From Parcubacteria group bacterium (GTDB taxonomy: Bacteria > Patescibacteriota > Minisyncoccia > Phycocordibacterales > Phycocordibacteraceae), in NCBI GenBank assembly GCA_028286605.1, contig JAQBRE010000002.1, forward strand, positions 464,065-528,064: DNA of 64,000 bases, written 5' to 3'. Shown one piece after another: positions 1-11,004 of this stretch; the stretch's first letter is position 1; each line of letters opens with the position of its first letter. The notes beneath the pieces were generated by a model. That model did no database searches. It saw only the letters and a program-made list of their open reading frames with translations, and had not been told where the DNA came from. The translations under genes and the position numbers were made by a program.

Positions 1-74
1 GCGGGCTTAACTTTTCGCTGCCGCGGACCGTTCGAATGCGGCATAAGACTATTCGGGAATTTCACCGAAGGCAT
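1..74 (-). CDS. 5' end of a gene running off the window edge (MPSVKFPNSLMPHSNGPRQRKVKP...)
   Basis: Open frame from ATG at 74 to the edge; TACAAT -10 box 8 nt upstream, matching the leaderless pattern of other core genes. Confidence 0.35.
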   Translation of the reverse strand, partial: MPSVKFPNSLMPHSNGPRQRKVKP

Positions 75-181
75 GTCATTCCATTGTAGCCAGTAATGCG
101 CGATAACGGAACCGTAATTTTCCCCTATTTCATGAACAGCAAATGTGTGGACATGCACTCACTTAGTGCTACGGTCTAACT

Positions 182-733
182 ATGAAGAAGCCCATTACTC
201 CTCCGACGCTTACTGAGCGATTCACCACGTGGATAGGTTCACGCAGCTCGCTCATTGCACATACGATATTCTTCATTGCTTGCTTCTTGCTGGTGGCGCT
301 TTCGCTGGTTACGCTGACGACGATGCTGCTCGTGCTCACCACAGCCGTTTCCCTCGAAGCGATCTATCTCGCCATTTTCATTCAGATGACGGTGAACAAG
401 AACACGGCCAGCCTTCGTGAGGTGGAGGAAGACATCGATGAGATTCAAGAGGATGTGGAGGAGCTCGGCGAAGACCTGGATGAGATTCAGGAGGATATCG
501 GAGAAATTCAGGAAGACGTTGAAGAGATGTCCGAGGATATTGATGAGATTCAAGAGGACGTTGAAGAAATGTCTGAAGATATTGAGGAGATGAGCGAGGA
601 AGAAAAAGAGGAGGTAGAGAAAGAGGTGAAGCGAAAGAAGAAGATTGCCAGCGAGGCTGAACTCCTCGACAAGCTTTCACAGGATGTCAGCCAGCTTTTG
701 AAAGACCTTGAGGCATTGAAGAAAGGAAAATAG
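182..733 (+). CDS. DUF1003-like membrane protein with long acidic heptad coiled coil
   Basis: N-terminal 'TTWIGS...HTIFF...LTTAVSLEAIYLAIFIQM' hydrophobic segments followed by EDIDEIQ/EDVEEMS repeats. Confidence 0.7.
   Translation: MKKPITPPTLTERFTTWIGSRSSLIAHTIFFIACFLLVALSLVTLTTMLLVLTTAVSLEAIYLAIFIQMTVNKNTASLREVEEDIDEIQEDVEELGEDLDEIQEDIGEIQEDVEEMSEDIDEIQEDVEEMSEDIEEMSEEEKEEVEKEVKRKKKIASEAELLDKLSQDVSQLLKDLEALKKGK
419..600 (+). repeat. Imperfect 21-bp coding tandem repeat (7-aa acidic heptads)
   Basis: Recurrent gatgagattca(a/g)gagga and gaagagatgtc units inside the ORF. Confidence 0.8.
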
Positions 734-770
734 TTGGCCATATAGGCCGTAAATGATAAAATAAGGATAA

Positions 771-1517
771 ATGAGTTCAGGCATACACGTAAGCCTCAAG
801 GCTGAGACCTTGGGCCATATTCTCGGTTTCCCTATCACGAACTCGCTACTTATGACGTGGCTGGTTATGGTGCTGCTTATCGCATTCGCGTATTTCTTCG
901 GCCGTTCGCTGAAGATGATTCCGGGAAAGTTGCAGGCAGCTATCGAGTGGGGATTCGAAGGTGCGTACGCATATATTGCAGAAGTTTTCGAAAGCGATGC
1001 ACTCGCGAAGCGATTCTTTCCTCTTATCGCGACGATCTTCCTATTCATATTGGTTGGCAACGAACTCGAGTTCTTTCCGGGAGTCGGATCGATAGGATTC
1101 TTTCACGGCACAGACTTCGCGCCATTGCTGCGCGCACCCGCTGCAGACCTTAACTTCACCCTCGCACTTACCTTCATCGCGTTCTTCACCATCGAGGTCA
1201 CCGGCATCGCGGTGCTGGGCGGTTTGAAGTACGCCGGCCGATTTGTTAATCTAAAGTCACCGGTCGGCTTTGCCGTTGGCATCATCGAGATCGTCTCGAA
1301 TCTGGGCCGCCTCGTTTCGTTCTCCTTCCGTCTCTTCGGCAATATCTTCGCGGGCGAAGTGATGATCCTGGTCGCAGGATACTTTCTTCCGTATCTGCTG
1401 CCGGTGCCGCTCATCGGCTTCGAGATGTTCATCGGGGCGATTCAGGCACTCGTGTTCGCGATGCTCACGATGTTCTTCATCAAGCTATCGATCACAGATC
1501 CGCACGAGGCGCACTAG
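771..1517 (+). CDS. atpB: ATP synthase Fo subunit a
   Basis: SFSFRLFGNIFAGE motif with essential Arg; IQALVFAML; first gene of the atp operon. Confidence 0.97.
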   Translation: MSSGIHVSLKAETLGHILGFPITNSLLMTWLVMVLLIAFAYFFGRSLKMIPGKLQAAIEWGFEGAYAYIAEVFESDALAKRFFPLIATIFLFILVGNELEFFPGVGSIGFFHGTDFAPLLRAPAADLNFTLALTFIAFFTIEVTGIAVLGGLKYAGRFVNLKSPVGFAVGIIEIVSNLGRLVSFSFRLFGNIFAGEVMILVAGYFLPYLLPVPLIGFEMFIGAIQALVFAMLTMFFIKLSITDPHEAH

Positions 1518-1580
1518 CAGTTGCTAGCGGCTTCATGCGGCTCCGGGATGGAGTCTCAATTAAAAAATTAAGTAACAACT

Positions 1581-1808
1581 ATGGATATTAATTCAGCACG
1601 CATGATAGGTATGGCGCTCGCAGCCGGCCTTGGCGTTATTGGCCCTGGCATCGGCATCGGCATCATCGGTGGCGGCGCTATGCAAGCAATCGGCCGCAAC
1701 CCAGAAGCTTCAGGTAAGATCGTCTCGAACATGATCCTCGCGATCGTGTTCACCGAGGCGCTCGGCATCCTTGCGCTCGTGGTTTCGTTCATCATCAAGT
1801 TCGTCTAG
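1581..1808 (+). CDS. atpE: ATP synthase Fo subunit c (probably H+ type)
   Basis: GxGxGxG helix, RNPE loop, ion-binding Glu in FTEAL; lacks the Q...ES/T Na+ signature. Confidence 0.97.
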   Translation: MDINSARMIGMALAAGLGVIGPGIGIGIIGGGAMQAIGRNPEASGKIVSNMILAIVFTEALGILALVVSFIIKFV

Positions 1809-1833
1809 TTCTTCACGCGTCTTTACTCTTCTT

Positions 1834-2274
1834 ATGGCAGCTCTCTTCGCAGCATTCGGCCTTCAACTCCCGCTTCTCATCGCGCAGCTGGTGAACTTCG
1901 CCATACTCATGATTGCGCTTACGTACCTGCTGTATAAGCCGGTTATGAAGACTATCGAGGCACGCAAGCAAAAAGTTGCACAGGGAGTCCTGGATGCGGA
2001 AGAGGCTACGAAGAAGCTTTCGACTGCAGACGCAGAAGCGACCGTAACGGTGCAGCAGGCAGAGAAGGAAGCAGAAGGTATCGTCGCTTCTGCACGCGAA
2101 GAAGCGGGGAGCGAGAAGATGCGTATCGTTAAGGAGGCGGATGCTCGCGCAGCGAGTATCGCGGCCGACGCAGATGCGCGTGCCAAGGAAACTGCAGCGA
2201 AGTCTCTTCGCGAAAGCGAAAAGGAAATCGCTCGTCTCGCTATTCTCGCTGCAGAAAAGGCGATGCGCACCTAA
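1834..2274 (+). CDS. atpF: ATP synthase Fo subunit b
   Basis: IAQLVNFAIL...LYKPV...IEARK; start moved to in-frame ATG 1834. Confidence 0.93.
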   Translation: MAALFAAFGLQLPLLIAQLVNFAILMIALTYLLYKPVMKTIEARKQKVAQGVLDAEEATKKLSTADAEATVTVQQAEKEAEGIVASAREEAGSEKMRIVKEADARAASIAADADARAKETAAKSLRESEKEIARLAILAAEKAMRT

Positions 2275-2276
2275 CT

Positions 2277-2648
2277 ATGGAGAAAGCATACGCTCAGGCG
2301 CTTCAGTCCTTGCTTTCGAAAGAAGGCGCAGATGAGAAGCGGATCATGGATCAGCTTTTCGCTCAGTTGAAAGCGACGGGCCGTATGAAACTCCTTCCAG
2401 GTATCGCGCGCGAACTGAAAAAGGCGCAGATGTACGCGCGTTCCGAAGAAGCGTTAGTAGAAGTGGCGCACAAAGACGAATCGCACGCCGCACTCGCCGC
2501 AGCTGCGAAGCTCGGCATTGAAGCCAAGCATGCAGAAGTGAATCCATCCCTCATTCGCGGCTGGCGTGCACGCCAGGGCAGCACGCTCATCGATCATTCC
2601 GGCAAGCGCGCACTGGTAGACCTGTACCGACGCATCACGACCGCATAG
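2277..2648 (+). CDS. atpH: ATP synthase F1 subunit delta (short form)
   Basis: YAQAL N-terminus, NPSLIRGW...IDHS C-terminus; between atpF and atpA. Confidence 0.88.
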   Translation: MEKAYAQALQSLLSKEGADEKRIMDQLFAQLKATGRMKLLPGIARELKKAQMYARSEEALVEVAHKDESHAALAAAAKLGIEAKHAEVNPSLIRGWRARQGSTLIDHSGKRALVDLYRRITTA

Positions 2649-2688
2649 CACCTTAGAATCGCTCAATTATTTAATTACTCACAACGTC

Positions 2689-4236
2689 ATGGAAAGCATC
2701 ATCAAGCGCATCGAACAAGAGATCGCCTCGTTCGCACCAGAAATGGGAGCGGAAGAAACAGGTACCGTACGCGCCACGGGCGACGGTATCGCCGAGATCG
2801 ACGGGCTCTCGAACGCCATCATGAGCGAGATGGTGCTTTTCGACCCGACCTTCGATCGCAGCCTCGAAGCAGCGCTGAAGGATGCTGATCCTATCTACGG
2901 CCTGGTGCTGAACCTCGAGGAAGACGGTGTTCGTACCGTTATTCTTGGCGATGGTTCACGCGTGTATGAAGGAATGCTCGTGCGCCGTCTCGGGCGACTT
3001 CTTTCTATTCCTGTCGGTGCAGAGCTCATCGGCCGTGTGGTTAATCCGCTTGGCGAACCGGTTGATGGCAAAGGCCCGACGAATGCGAAGGATATTCGTC
3101 CTATCGAGCGCGAAGCATACGGCGTTATGGATCGTTCAGCCGTGAACCAGCCGCTTCACACCGGCGTGAAGGCTATCGACGCGATGATCCCGGTCGGTCG
3201 CGGCCAGCGCGAGCTCATCATCGGAGACCGCGGCGTTGGAAAGACGGCGATCGCTATCGATACGATCCTTAACCAGAAGAGCGAAGACCCGAAGACGCGT
3301 CCTATCTGTATCTATGTCGCTATCGGCCAGAAAGAATCGAAGACGGCGAAGATCGTCGCGCAGCTCGCTGAAGCGGGAGCTATGGAGTACACGATCGTGG
3401 TAACGGCGCCGGCGTCTTCGCCGGCAGCATTCCAGTTCCTCGCACCATTCGCCGGCGCTACCATCGGCGAAGTATTCATGGAGCAGGGCAAGGACGCGCT
3501 CGTTATCTATGACGATCTTTCCAAGCACGCTGTTGCATACCGTCAGATGTCGCTCCTTCTTCGTCGCCCGCCAGGACGCGAGGCATATCCTGGAGACGTC
3601 TTCTATCTGCACTCTCGTTTGCTCGAGCGCGCGGCGAAGCTCTCGAAGGAAAAGGGCGGCGGTTCGCTTACGGCGCTTCCTATCATCGAAACGCAGGAAG
3701 GAGATATCTCTGCATACATTCCGACCAACGTGATCTCGATCACGGACGGACAGATCTTCCTTCTTGCAGACCTCTTCAACAAGGGTCAGCGCCCGGCTAT
3801 CGATGTGGGTAACTCAGTGTCGCGCGTGGGTTCATCCGCACAGACCAAGGCGATGAAGAAAGTCTCCGGCAAGATCAAGCTGCAGCTCGCGCAGTTCCGT
3901 GAGCTCGAAGCCTTCATGCAGTTCGCTTCGGATCTTGATGCAGACACGAAGCGCCAGATCGATGACGGTCGTCGTATGACAGAAGTGCTTAAGCAGAATG
4001 TGGGTGAGCCGCTTCCATTCGAGATGCAGGCAGCGGTCATTTTCGCCGCTACGAACGGATACTTCGATTCATTCACGCCGGACGAAACGAATGCGCAGGA
4101 GAAGCGCCTACAGGACTACCTTCAGCGCGATGCTGAAGATGTGCTCACGGCAATCCGTACCGAGAAGGCGATCAGCGACGAGACCGAAGCGAAGCTTCGC
4201 AGCGTACTCGAGAAGTTCGTCGCACGCTCCGCATAA
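2689..4236 (+). CDS. atpA: ATP synthase F1 subunit alpha
   Basis: [17 protein letters not shown]; [22 protein letters not shown]. Confidence 0.99.
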   Translation: MESIIKRIEQEIASFAPEMGAEETGTVRATGDGIAEIDGLSNAIMSEMVLFDPTFDRSLEAALKDADPIYGLVLNLEEDGVRTVILGDGSRVYEGMLVRRLGRLLSIPVGAELIGRVVNPLGEPVDGKGPTNAKDIRPIEREAYGVMDRSAVNQPLHTGVKAIDAMIPVGRGQRELIIGDRGVGKTAIAIDTILNQKSEDPKTRPICIYVAIGQKESKTAKIVAQLAEAGAMEYTIVVTAPASSPAAFQFLAPFAGATIGEVFMEQGKDALVIYDDLSKHAVAYRQMSLLLRRPPGREAYPGDVFYLHSRLLERAAKLSKEKGGGSLTALPIIETQEGDISAYIPTNVISITDGQIFLLADLFNKGQRPAIDVGNSVSRVGSSAQTKAMKKVSGKIKLQLAQFRELEAFMQFASDLDADTKRQIDDGRRMTEVLKQNVGEPLPFEMQAAVIFAATNGYFDSFTPDETNAQEKRLQDYLQRDAEDVLTAIRTEKAISDETEAKLRSVLEKFVARSA

Positions 4237-4242
4237 TCATCA

Positions 4243-5151
4243 ATGGCACTCAAGGATATCAAAGCGAAGATAGGGGCGACCAAGCGCATGAACACGGTTA
4301 CCCGTGCCATGGAGGCGGTCTCGGCCGTAAAGATGCGCAAGACGCAGGCGTCTGCGCTTTCCGGCCGTTCCTATGCTCGTGCTGCTATCGCTATCCTTAC
4401 GCGCATTGCAGGAACTGAGGCCGTTAAGAAGCATCCGCTCGCGAAAGAACGCGAGGTGAAGAAGATCGCGCTCGTCGTTATGACCAGCGATAAAGGGCTT
4501 GCAGGAGGCCTCAACAGCGGCGTACTGAAGCAGGCAAGCCTCGCAGCGAAGGATTTCACGAAGGAGCAGGTGCTCGTGTACGCCTATGGCCGCAAGGGAG
4601 AAGACTTCTTCACGAATCGCGGCTACACGATCGTGAAATCAATGGAGAACAAGCAGGATGATGTTCCACTTTCAAGCATGGAGGAACTTTCGAACGAACT
4701 CTCTGCAGGATTCCTCGCCGGAGACTTCGATAAGGTGGTCGTCGCGTATACGAACTTCAAATCAACATTCGAACAGATTCCGACCGTTCGCCAGCTCCTT
4801 CCGCTTTCCCTTCCTGCGCTTGCAGAAGTGGTCTCTGGAATCGTGCCAGCGAAAGGAAAGTGGAGCAATGAGCAGTCGCTAGAAGCACCGGCTTCCTACG
4901 AAGTCGAGCCATCTGCAGACGAAGTATTGGGCGTGCTTATCCCGCGCCTCACCGCCATCGCGCTGTATCACATGCTTCTGGAGTCTAAGGCTTCCGAGCA
5001 TTCAGCGCGCATGGTGGCGATGAAGAACGCGTCCGATAAGTCGAAAGAAGTGACTCGTGACCTCACGCGTAAATACAACAAGATTCGTCAGGCTGCTATT
5101 ACGCGCGAGGTTTCGGAGATAGTCAGTGGCCGAGAGGCGCTTGCCGCATAA
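4243..5151 (+). CDS. atpG: ATP synthase F1 subunit gamma
   Basis: TSDKGLAGGLN; SEHSARMVAM; RQAAITRE. Confidence 0.98.
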   Translation: MALKDIKAKIGATKRMNTVTRAMEAVSAVKMRKTQASALSGRSYARAAIAILTRIAGTEAVKKHPLAKEREVKKIALVVMTSDKGLAGGLNSGVLKQASLAAKDFTKEQVLVYAYGRKGEDFFTNRGYTIVKSMENKQDDVPLSSMEELSNELSAGFLAGDFDKVVVAYTNFKSTFEQIPTVRQLLPLSLPALAEVVSGIVPAKGKWSNEQSLEAPASYEVEPSADEVLGVLIPRLTAIALYHMLLESKASEHSARMVAMKNASDKSKEVTRDLTRKYNKIRQAAITREVSEIVSGREALAA

Positions 5152-5165
5152 ATTTGATAGATTAA

Positions 5166-6551
<1,386 letters not shown>

Positions 6552-6561
6552 TCACTTCCTG

Positions 6562-6810
6562 ATGGCAAAGACTTTTCACCTCACCATCGCACGCGTCGGC
6601 GAGAACCTGTTCGAAGGACAGGCGAAGAGCGTTACCGTGCCTGGTGGAGAAGGGGTGCTCACCATCCTCGCTGAACACGAAGCATTCGTAACGCCGCTCA
6701 AGCCAGGCACCATACGCATCGATCCTGCAGAAGGCGAGCCGATCACGCTTCAGATTGAAGACAAAGGCCTGGTGGAAGTCTCGAACAACCAAGCGACCGT
6801 GTTGCTGTAA
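6562..6810 (+). CDS. atpC: ATP synthase epsilon subunit, N-terminal beta-sandwich only
   Basis: VPGGEGVLTILAEH motif; 82 aa; last gene of the operon. Confidence 0.9.
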   Translation: MAKTFHLTIARVGENLFEGQAKSVTVPGGEGVLTILAEHEAFVTPLKPGTIRIDPAEGEPITLQIEDKGLVEVSNNQATVLL

Positions 6811-6835
6811 CCTTAAGAAGGTATATAATAGAAAG

Positions 6836-6927
6836 GTATCAAGACGAAGACGGACCCGAACGGTGTAAGTGCCTAATGGGAGCCCCTTCAAGAAAATAGC
6901 CTATTTTATATAGGCTATTTTCTTTTT
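6836..6927 (+). ncRNA. Candidate structured small RNA convergent on the NYN gene
   Basis: TATAAT at 6824-6829; GC-rich core with GAAG/CTTC and CCCG/TGGG pairings; perfect 14-bp hairpin 6891-6923 followed by a T-run. Confidence 0.5.
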
Positions 6928-7413
6928 ACTATCCTCGTCATTTAAGAAAGCAATAAATTTTTCATCAAGTTCCTTATACAAAGAAGATGTAAATGTAAGG
7001 TTTGGAAATAATATCTTTCCAAAGCGATTCTTTTTAATCAAATAATCAATCAGCTTTTTATAATCTCCATCACCAGAAACGACATAGATTTTATTGAATA
7101 CTTCTTTCTCAACCAGCATCTTCATAGCAACAAAGATAATATCGGAATCTACGTTTCCTTTCTTATTGCTTGAAAGACCAGAAGAGTGCTCTTTGAAGTT
7201 CAGAATAAATCCAGCTTGTTCAAGATCGTCATATAAATCTTGGTATTTTTCAGATCTATATCCAAGAAAGTAATACACACTGATAATTTGATGCTTATCT
7301 CTCAAATAGATTCTAAATTTCCTATGATCTATTGCCCAGCCATCAGCTTTTGTTCCAAGATGCAGGTTCTGTCCATCAATAAATGCTATATTTCCTTGTA
7401 ATTCTGTCTCCAT
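6901..7413 (-). CDS. NYN (LabA/DUF88, PIN-like) domain putative RNase
   Basis: AFIDGQNL, KKGNVDSDI, VSGDGDY acidic motifs; AT-rich; start moved to ATG 7413. Confidence 0.9.
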   Translation of the reverse strand: METELQGNIAFIDGQNLHLGTKADGWAIDHRKFRIYLRDKHQIISVYYFLGYRSEKYQDLYDDLEQAGFILNFKEHSSGLSSNKKGNVDSDIIFVAMKMLVEKEVFNKIYVVSGDGDYKKLIDYLIKKNRFGKILFPNLTFTSSLYKELDEKFIAFLNDEDSKKKIAYIK

Positions 7414-8077
7414 GCCTATTAACCCTATCGGAAACCCTGCGAAGTTGAGCGTAATTACGTATGCGTTTATCGCAATCATCTTGATAGGGATTTTATCTCT
7501 AGGATATATATTCTTCATCCACAAAGCAGCGACCGATTCGACGGCGTGTTCAACCAAGAATTTAAAAGTTGCAGCGTTCGGTGACAGTCTCGTCGCCGGT
7601 TATGGCGCTATGCAGGGGAATGATTTCCCTTCGCTGCTTTCGAAAACGCTTGGCGTACCAGTATCGAATTTTGGCGTTAGCGGAGACACCACTGCAGACG
7701 CGCTCGCGCGAATCAACAATGTCATCAGTGCGAAACCAGACGTAGTAATCGTTCTCCTTGGTGGAAACGATGCGTTACAGAAAGTGCCACTCGCAACGAC
7801 GAAGCAGGATCTTTCAACAATTATTGATACGTTTCAGAAGGCGAATATACAGGTTGTGCTCGTAGGAGTGCTCGGTGGCATTCCAACCGATCCATACGCA
7901 CCGATGTTCTTGAGTCTCGCGCAGCAGTACAAAGTCGTATCCGTATCGAATATTCTTTCTGGTCTTATCGGCAACAGCAATCTTATGAGCGACGAAGTAC
8001 ATCCTAATGACGCTGGGTATGTAAAAGTAGCTGCACGCATCGCACCGGCGGTTGAAAAGGCTTGTTCTTTGAAGTAG
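7412..8077 (+). CDS. Membrane-anchored SGNH/GDSL hydrolase (TesA/arylesterase-like)
   Basis: FGDSL, GVSGDTT, LGGND, DEVHPN blocks; N-terminal TM helix. Confidence 0.9.
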   Translation: MPINPIGNPAKLSVITYAFIAIILIGILSLGYIFFIHKAATDSTACSTKNLKVAAFGDSLVAGYGAMQGNDFPSLLSKTLGVPVSNFGVSGDTTADALARINNVISAKPDVVIVLLGGNDALQKVPLATTKQDLSTIIDTFQKANIQVVLVGVLGGIPTDPYAPMFLSLAQQYKVVSVSNILSGLIGNSNLMSDEVHPNDAGYVKVAARIAPAVEKACSLK

Positions 8078-8088
8078 AAAAGCCCAAC

Positions 8089-8283
8089 TCACGAAGAGTC
8101 GGGCTTTCGCTCGCTGAGAAGGGCAAACGTACCTACCCAGAGACCAAGACCAAAAATGACGAAAACAGGCCATCCACGAAGAATCTCCTCCCACGTCTTG
8201 TCTATGTGAACGAGGAGCGCGAAAAGAAAATCTCCCACGATTGGCGGAATCAGTGCGATTCCCATATCACGAATTAGGCGCAT
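8089..8283 (-). CDS. Small two-TM hypothetical protein
   Basis: GGAGG SD before ATG, TTGACA and TGGTAGAAT upstream, hairpin at 3' end. Confidence 0.6.
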   Translation of the reverse strand: MRLIRDMGIALIPPIVGDFLFALLVHIDKTWEEILRGWPVFVIFGLGLWVGTFALLSERKPDSS

Positions 8284-8359
8284 GTGTTCCTCCAGAACTG
8301 TCCTAGTAGGATGATTCTACCAATCGCACCTTATGTCAATTCTGGTATAATCGGTGCAT

Positions 8360-8596
8360 ATGGGTATACAAAATTTTATATTGCAGCAGGCGATGAAAAT
8401 GAAGATGAAGGACGTTCCTCCGGAACAGCGAGACCAGCTTATGGCACTCGTGCAGAAGGACCCTGAACTCTTCAAGAAGATCGGAGAGGAAGTAGATCGT
8501 CGCGTTAAGAAAGGCGGAGAAGACCAGATGAAAGCGACGATGGAAGTCATGAAGAAATATCGCACTGAGCTTTCGCAGCTCATGCAGCCTAAATAG
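8360..8596 (+). CDS. Small helical hypothetical protein
   Basis: TGGTATAAT just upstream of ATG 8360; host-like codon use; tightly linked to the next gene. Confidence 0.75.
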   Translation: MGIQNFILQQAMKMKMKDVPPEQRDQLMALVQKDPELFKKIGEEVDRRVKKGGEDQMKATMEVMKKYRTELSQLMQPK

Positions 8597-8601
8597 TAAT
8601 T

Positions 8602-9222
8602 ATGGCCGACACGCTGAATGTTCTGGTATTGAATGCGTCGCTTAAGCACGGCCCTGAGCTGTCTGCGACTGAAGAGGTAGTGAACATGGTTCTTGAGAAT
8701 ATGGGTGCGCACGTAGCGATTGAATCATCCATCGTACGTCTTTCAGACAAGAACATTCCCGTGGGACTCTCATACAAGATGAGTGAAGACGACGAATGGC
8801 CTGGTATTGTTGATCAGATAATCAAGGCAGACGTCATTATCTTTGCAACGCCGATATGGTGGGGCGGCCGTTCGAGCCTAATGCAGCGCGTTATTGAACG
8901 CATGGATGCCTTCGACGAAGGAACGATTCCTGGGGTGAACGGGCGCGAAGGTCTTCTGAATAAAGTCGCCGGTATCGTGATAACCGGAAGCGAAGATGGT
9001 GCGCAAGCCGTTATGGCCGGCATCATGGAGGTGCTTTCATTCATGAACTTCACGCTGCCACCGCAGTGCTGTACGTATTGGGTTGGCGAGGTTGGCATGG
9101 ATCCGAAGACAGACAGCGAGAGACGCCGTAAGAATCCTGCAGTCGCGCACATGGCAGAGGCAACGGCGAAAAGCTTGGTACACTGTGCACAAGCACTAAA
9201 AGCGAATCCATTCACCGCGTAA
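8602..9222 (+). CDS. Flavodoxin-like NAD(P)H-dependent FMN reductase family protein
   Basis: ADVIIFATPIWWG; ERMD; NKVAGIVITGSEDG. Confidence 0.85.
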   Translation: MADTLNVLVLNASLKHGPELSATEEVVNMVLENMGAHVAIESSIVRLSDKNIPVGLSYKMSEDDEWPGIVDQIIKADVIIFATPIWWGGRSSLMQRVIERMDAFDEGTIPGVNGREGLLNKVAGIVITGSEDGAQAVMAGIMEVLSFMNFTLPPQCCTYWVGEVGMDPKTDSERRRKNPAVAHMAEATAKSLVHCAQALKANPFTA

Positions 9223-9224
9223 TC

Positions 9225-9812
9225 ATGGCAACAAAGACAAAGAAGATATTCATATTAATGGGGAATCCTGACAAGGACGGAACGCTTTCAAGCAAGATCG
9301 CAGACACATACGAAAACGAAGCGAAAGCGGCGGGCCATGAGGTGCGTCGTACGAATCTTGGAGACCTTCAGTTCGATCCGATCCTGCATCTTGGATACAA
9401 GGTGATACAGCCGCTTGAGCCGGATCTTCTGAAAGTTCAAGAGGATATGAAATGGGCCGAGCACTTCGTGCTTATCTATCCCGTCTGGTGGTCTTCGATG
9501 CCAGCACTCCTGAAGGGCTTCATCGATCGCGCATGGATTCCAGGCTTCGCCTTTCATTTCCACAAGGACGGCCTTGGCTGGGACAAGCTCCTCGCTGGCC
9601 GCACGGCTCGCCTCATCATCCTTTCAAAGAGTTGGCCGGTTATGATCATGGCGCTCTTCGGCGACTACACGAACGAAATCTCTCGTGCCATCCTCGGGTT
9701 CTCTGGCTACAAGGTATCCCTGACCGAAGTGGGTATGAGCGAGAAACTCACCGAGCCGCAGAAAGTAAAGTGGATGAAGAAGATCGCTGTTCTTGCTAAG
9801 AAGGGTAAGTAA
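9225..9812 (+). CDS. NAD(P)H dehydrogenase (quinone), flavodoxin_2/MdaB-like
   Basis: YPVWWSSMPALLKGFIDR motif. Confidence 0.88.
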   Translation: MATKTKKIFILMGNPDKDGTLSSKIADTYENEAKAAGHEVRRTNLGDLQFDPILHLGYKVIQPLEPDLLKVQEDMKWAEHFVLIYPVWWSSMPALLKGFIDRAWIPGFAFHFHKDGLGWDKLLAGRTARLIILSKSWPVMIMALFGDYTNEISRAILGFSGYKVSLTEVGMSEKLTEPQKVKWMKKIAVLAKKGK

Positions 9813-9828
9813 CTGATAGGGTGCGTAT

Positions 9829-10923
9829 ATGAAGATCGGTATCGTCGGACTCCCGAACGTCGGGAAATCAACACTATTCAATGCGCTTACGAAGGCGAGT
9901 GTGCCCGCGGAGAATTATCCGTTCTGCACCATAGACCCCTCCGTGGGCGTCGTTGGTGTGCCGGACGAACGTCTGGATAAGCTCGCTCTCCTTTCAGGTT
10001 CCGATAAGACCATTCCGGCAGCTATTGAGTTCGTCGATATCGCCGGCCTCGTGCAAGGCGCTTCTATGGGTGAAGGTCTGGGCAATCAATTCCTTTCACA
10101 TATCCGTGAAGTTGATGCCATTCTGGAAATGGTTCGTTTCTTCGATGATACCGATATTATCCATGTACATGGGGAAGTTGATCCGGTCCGTGATATCGAG
10201 GTTATCAATCTTGAGCTTATCCTTGCGGACCAGCAGAGCGTTACCGGCCGTCGTGAGCGTCTCACCGGCGATGTTCGTGCACAGAAGAAAGAAGCGGTCG
10301 CAGAAGATGCGGTGCTTTCCAAGATAGAGCAGGTTCTTCTTAAGGGCGGCCTTGCAATAACGGTTGATCTTTCGCCTGAGGAAGCGAAACTCATCAAGCC
10401 GATGAATCTTCTTACGCTGAAGCCGATCCTGTATGCGCTTAACGGAAAGTCTGGCGGCCACAACCTTGATGAAGTTAATGATGGACGTTCTCGTGCCGCG
10501 TTCGAGCTGATCGAATCATATGGCGCAGACTATGTTCGCGTAGACGCAGTAACAGAAGGCGAACTGAACGATGTTGCAGAAGAAGACAAACAGATGTTCC
10601 GCTCAGAGCTCGGCGTGTCTGAAGACGGCCTAGAAGCACTCATCCGTGGCGCATACCGAACACTCGGTCTCATCACCTTCTTCACCACAGGACCGAAGGA
10701 ATCACGCGCGTGGACGGTTGCGAAAGGCGCAACAGCGCCCGAGGCGGGCGCTGCCATTCATACTGATTTCAAAGACAAGTTCATCCGCGCTGAAGTGGTC
10801 GGCTGGGACACGCTCCTCGCAGACGGCTCATGGAGCGCTGCACGCGATAAGGGCGACATTCGTACGGAAGGAAAAACCTACGTCACTAAAGATGGCGACG
10901 TGATGGTTTTCCTGCATAGCTAA
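9829..10923 (+). CDS. ychF: Redox-regulated ATPase YchF
   Basis: GIVGLPNVGKSTLFNALT; NYPFCTIDP; GEGLGNQFL; HTDF...FIRAEV. Confidence 0.98.
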   Translation: MKIGIVGLPNVGKSTLFNALTKASVPAENYPFCTIDPSVGVVGVPDERLDKLALLSGSDKTIPAAIEFVDIAGLVQGASMGEGLGNQFLSHIREVDAILEMVRFFDDTDIIHVHGEVDPVRDIEVINLELILADQQSVTGRRERLTGDVRAQKKEAVAEDAVLSKIEQVLLKGGLAITVDLSPEEAKLIKPMNLLTLKPILYALNGKSGGHNLDEVNDGRSRAAFELIESYGADYVRVDAVTEGELNDVAEEDKQMFRSELGVSEDGLEALIRGAYRTLGLITFFTTGPKESRAWTVAKGATAPEAGAAIHTDFKDKFIRAEVVGWDTLLADGSWSAARDKGDIRTEGKTYVTKDGDVMVFLHS

Positions 10924-10929
10924 TCCTCC

Positions 10930-10952
10930 GGTTTGATCCCTAGTCTGCCAGC
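10930..10952 (+). repeat. tRNA-3'-end-like site (T-loop plus acceptor strand), copy 1
   Basis: GATCCCTAGTCTGCCAGC at 10935-10952 is identical to 51466-51483. Confidence 0.85.
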
Positions 10953-11004
10953 TCTCAATTTATATAAAAGAAACCGCTCCAAATGGAGCGGCCAAGTGCC
11001 TGTG

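Noticed and set aside
419-600. Tandem repeats as a CRISPR array
   Set aside because: They are in-frame degenerate coding heptads with no unique spacers and no cas genes nearby.
6833-6890. SAM-I riboswitch (ATCAAGA...GTGCC resemblance)
   Set aside because: It lacks the GCAAC and kink-turn elements and a P1 partner, and there is no downstream sense gene to regulate.
10930-10952. Complete tRNA gene here or at 51461-51483
   Set aside because: Only the T-loop and 3' acceptor strand are present; the upstream sequence is ychF or mltG coding DNA with no D-arm or anticodon arm.
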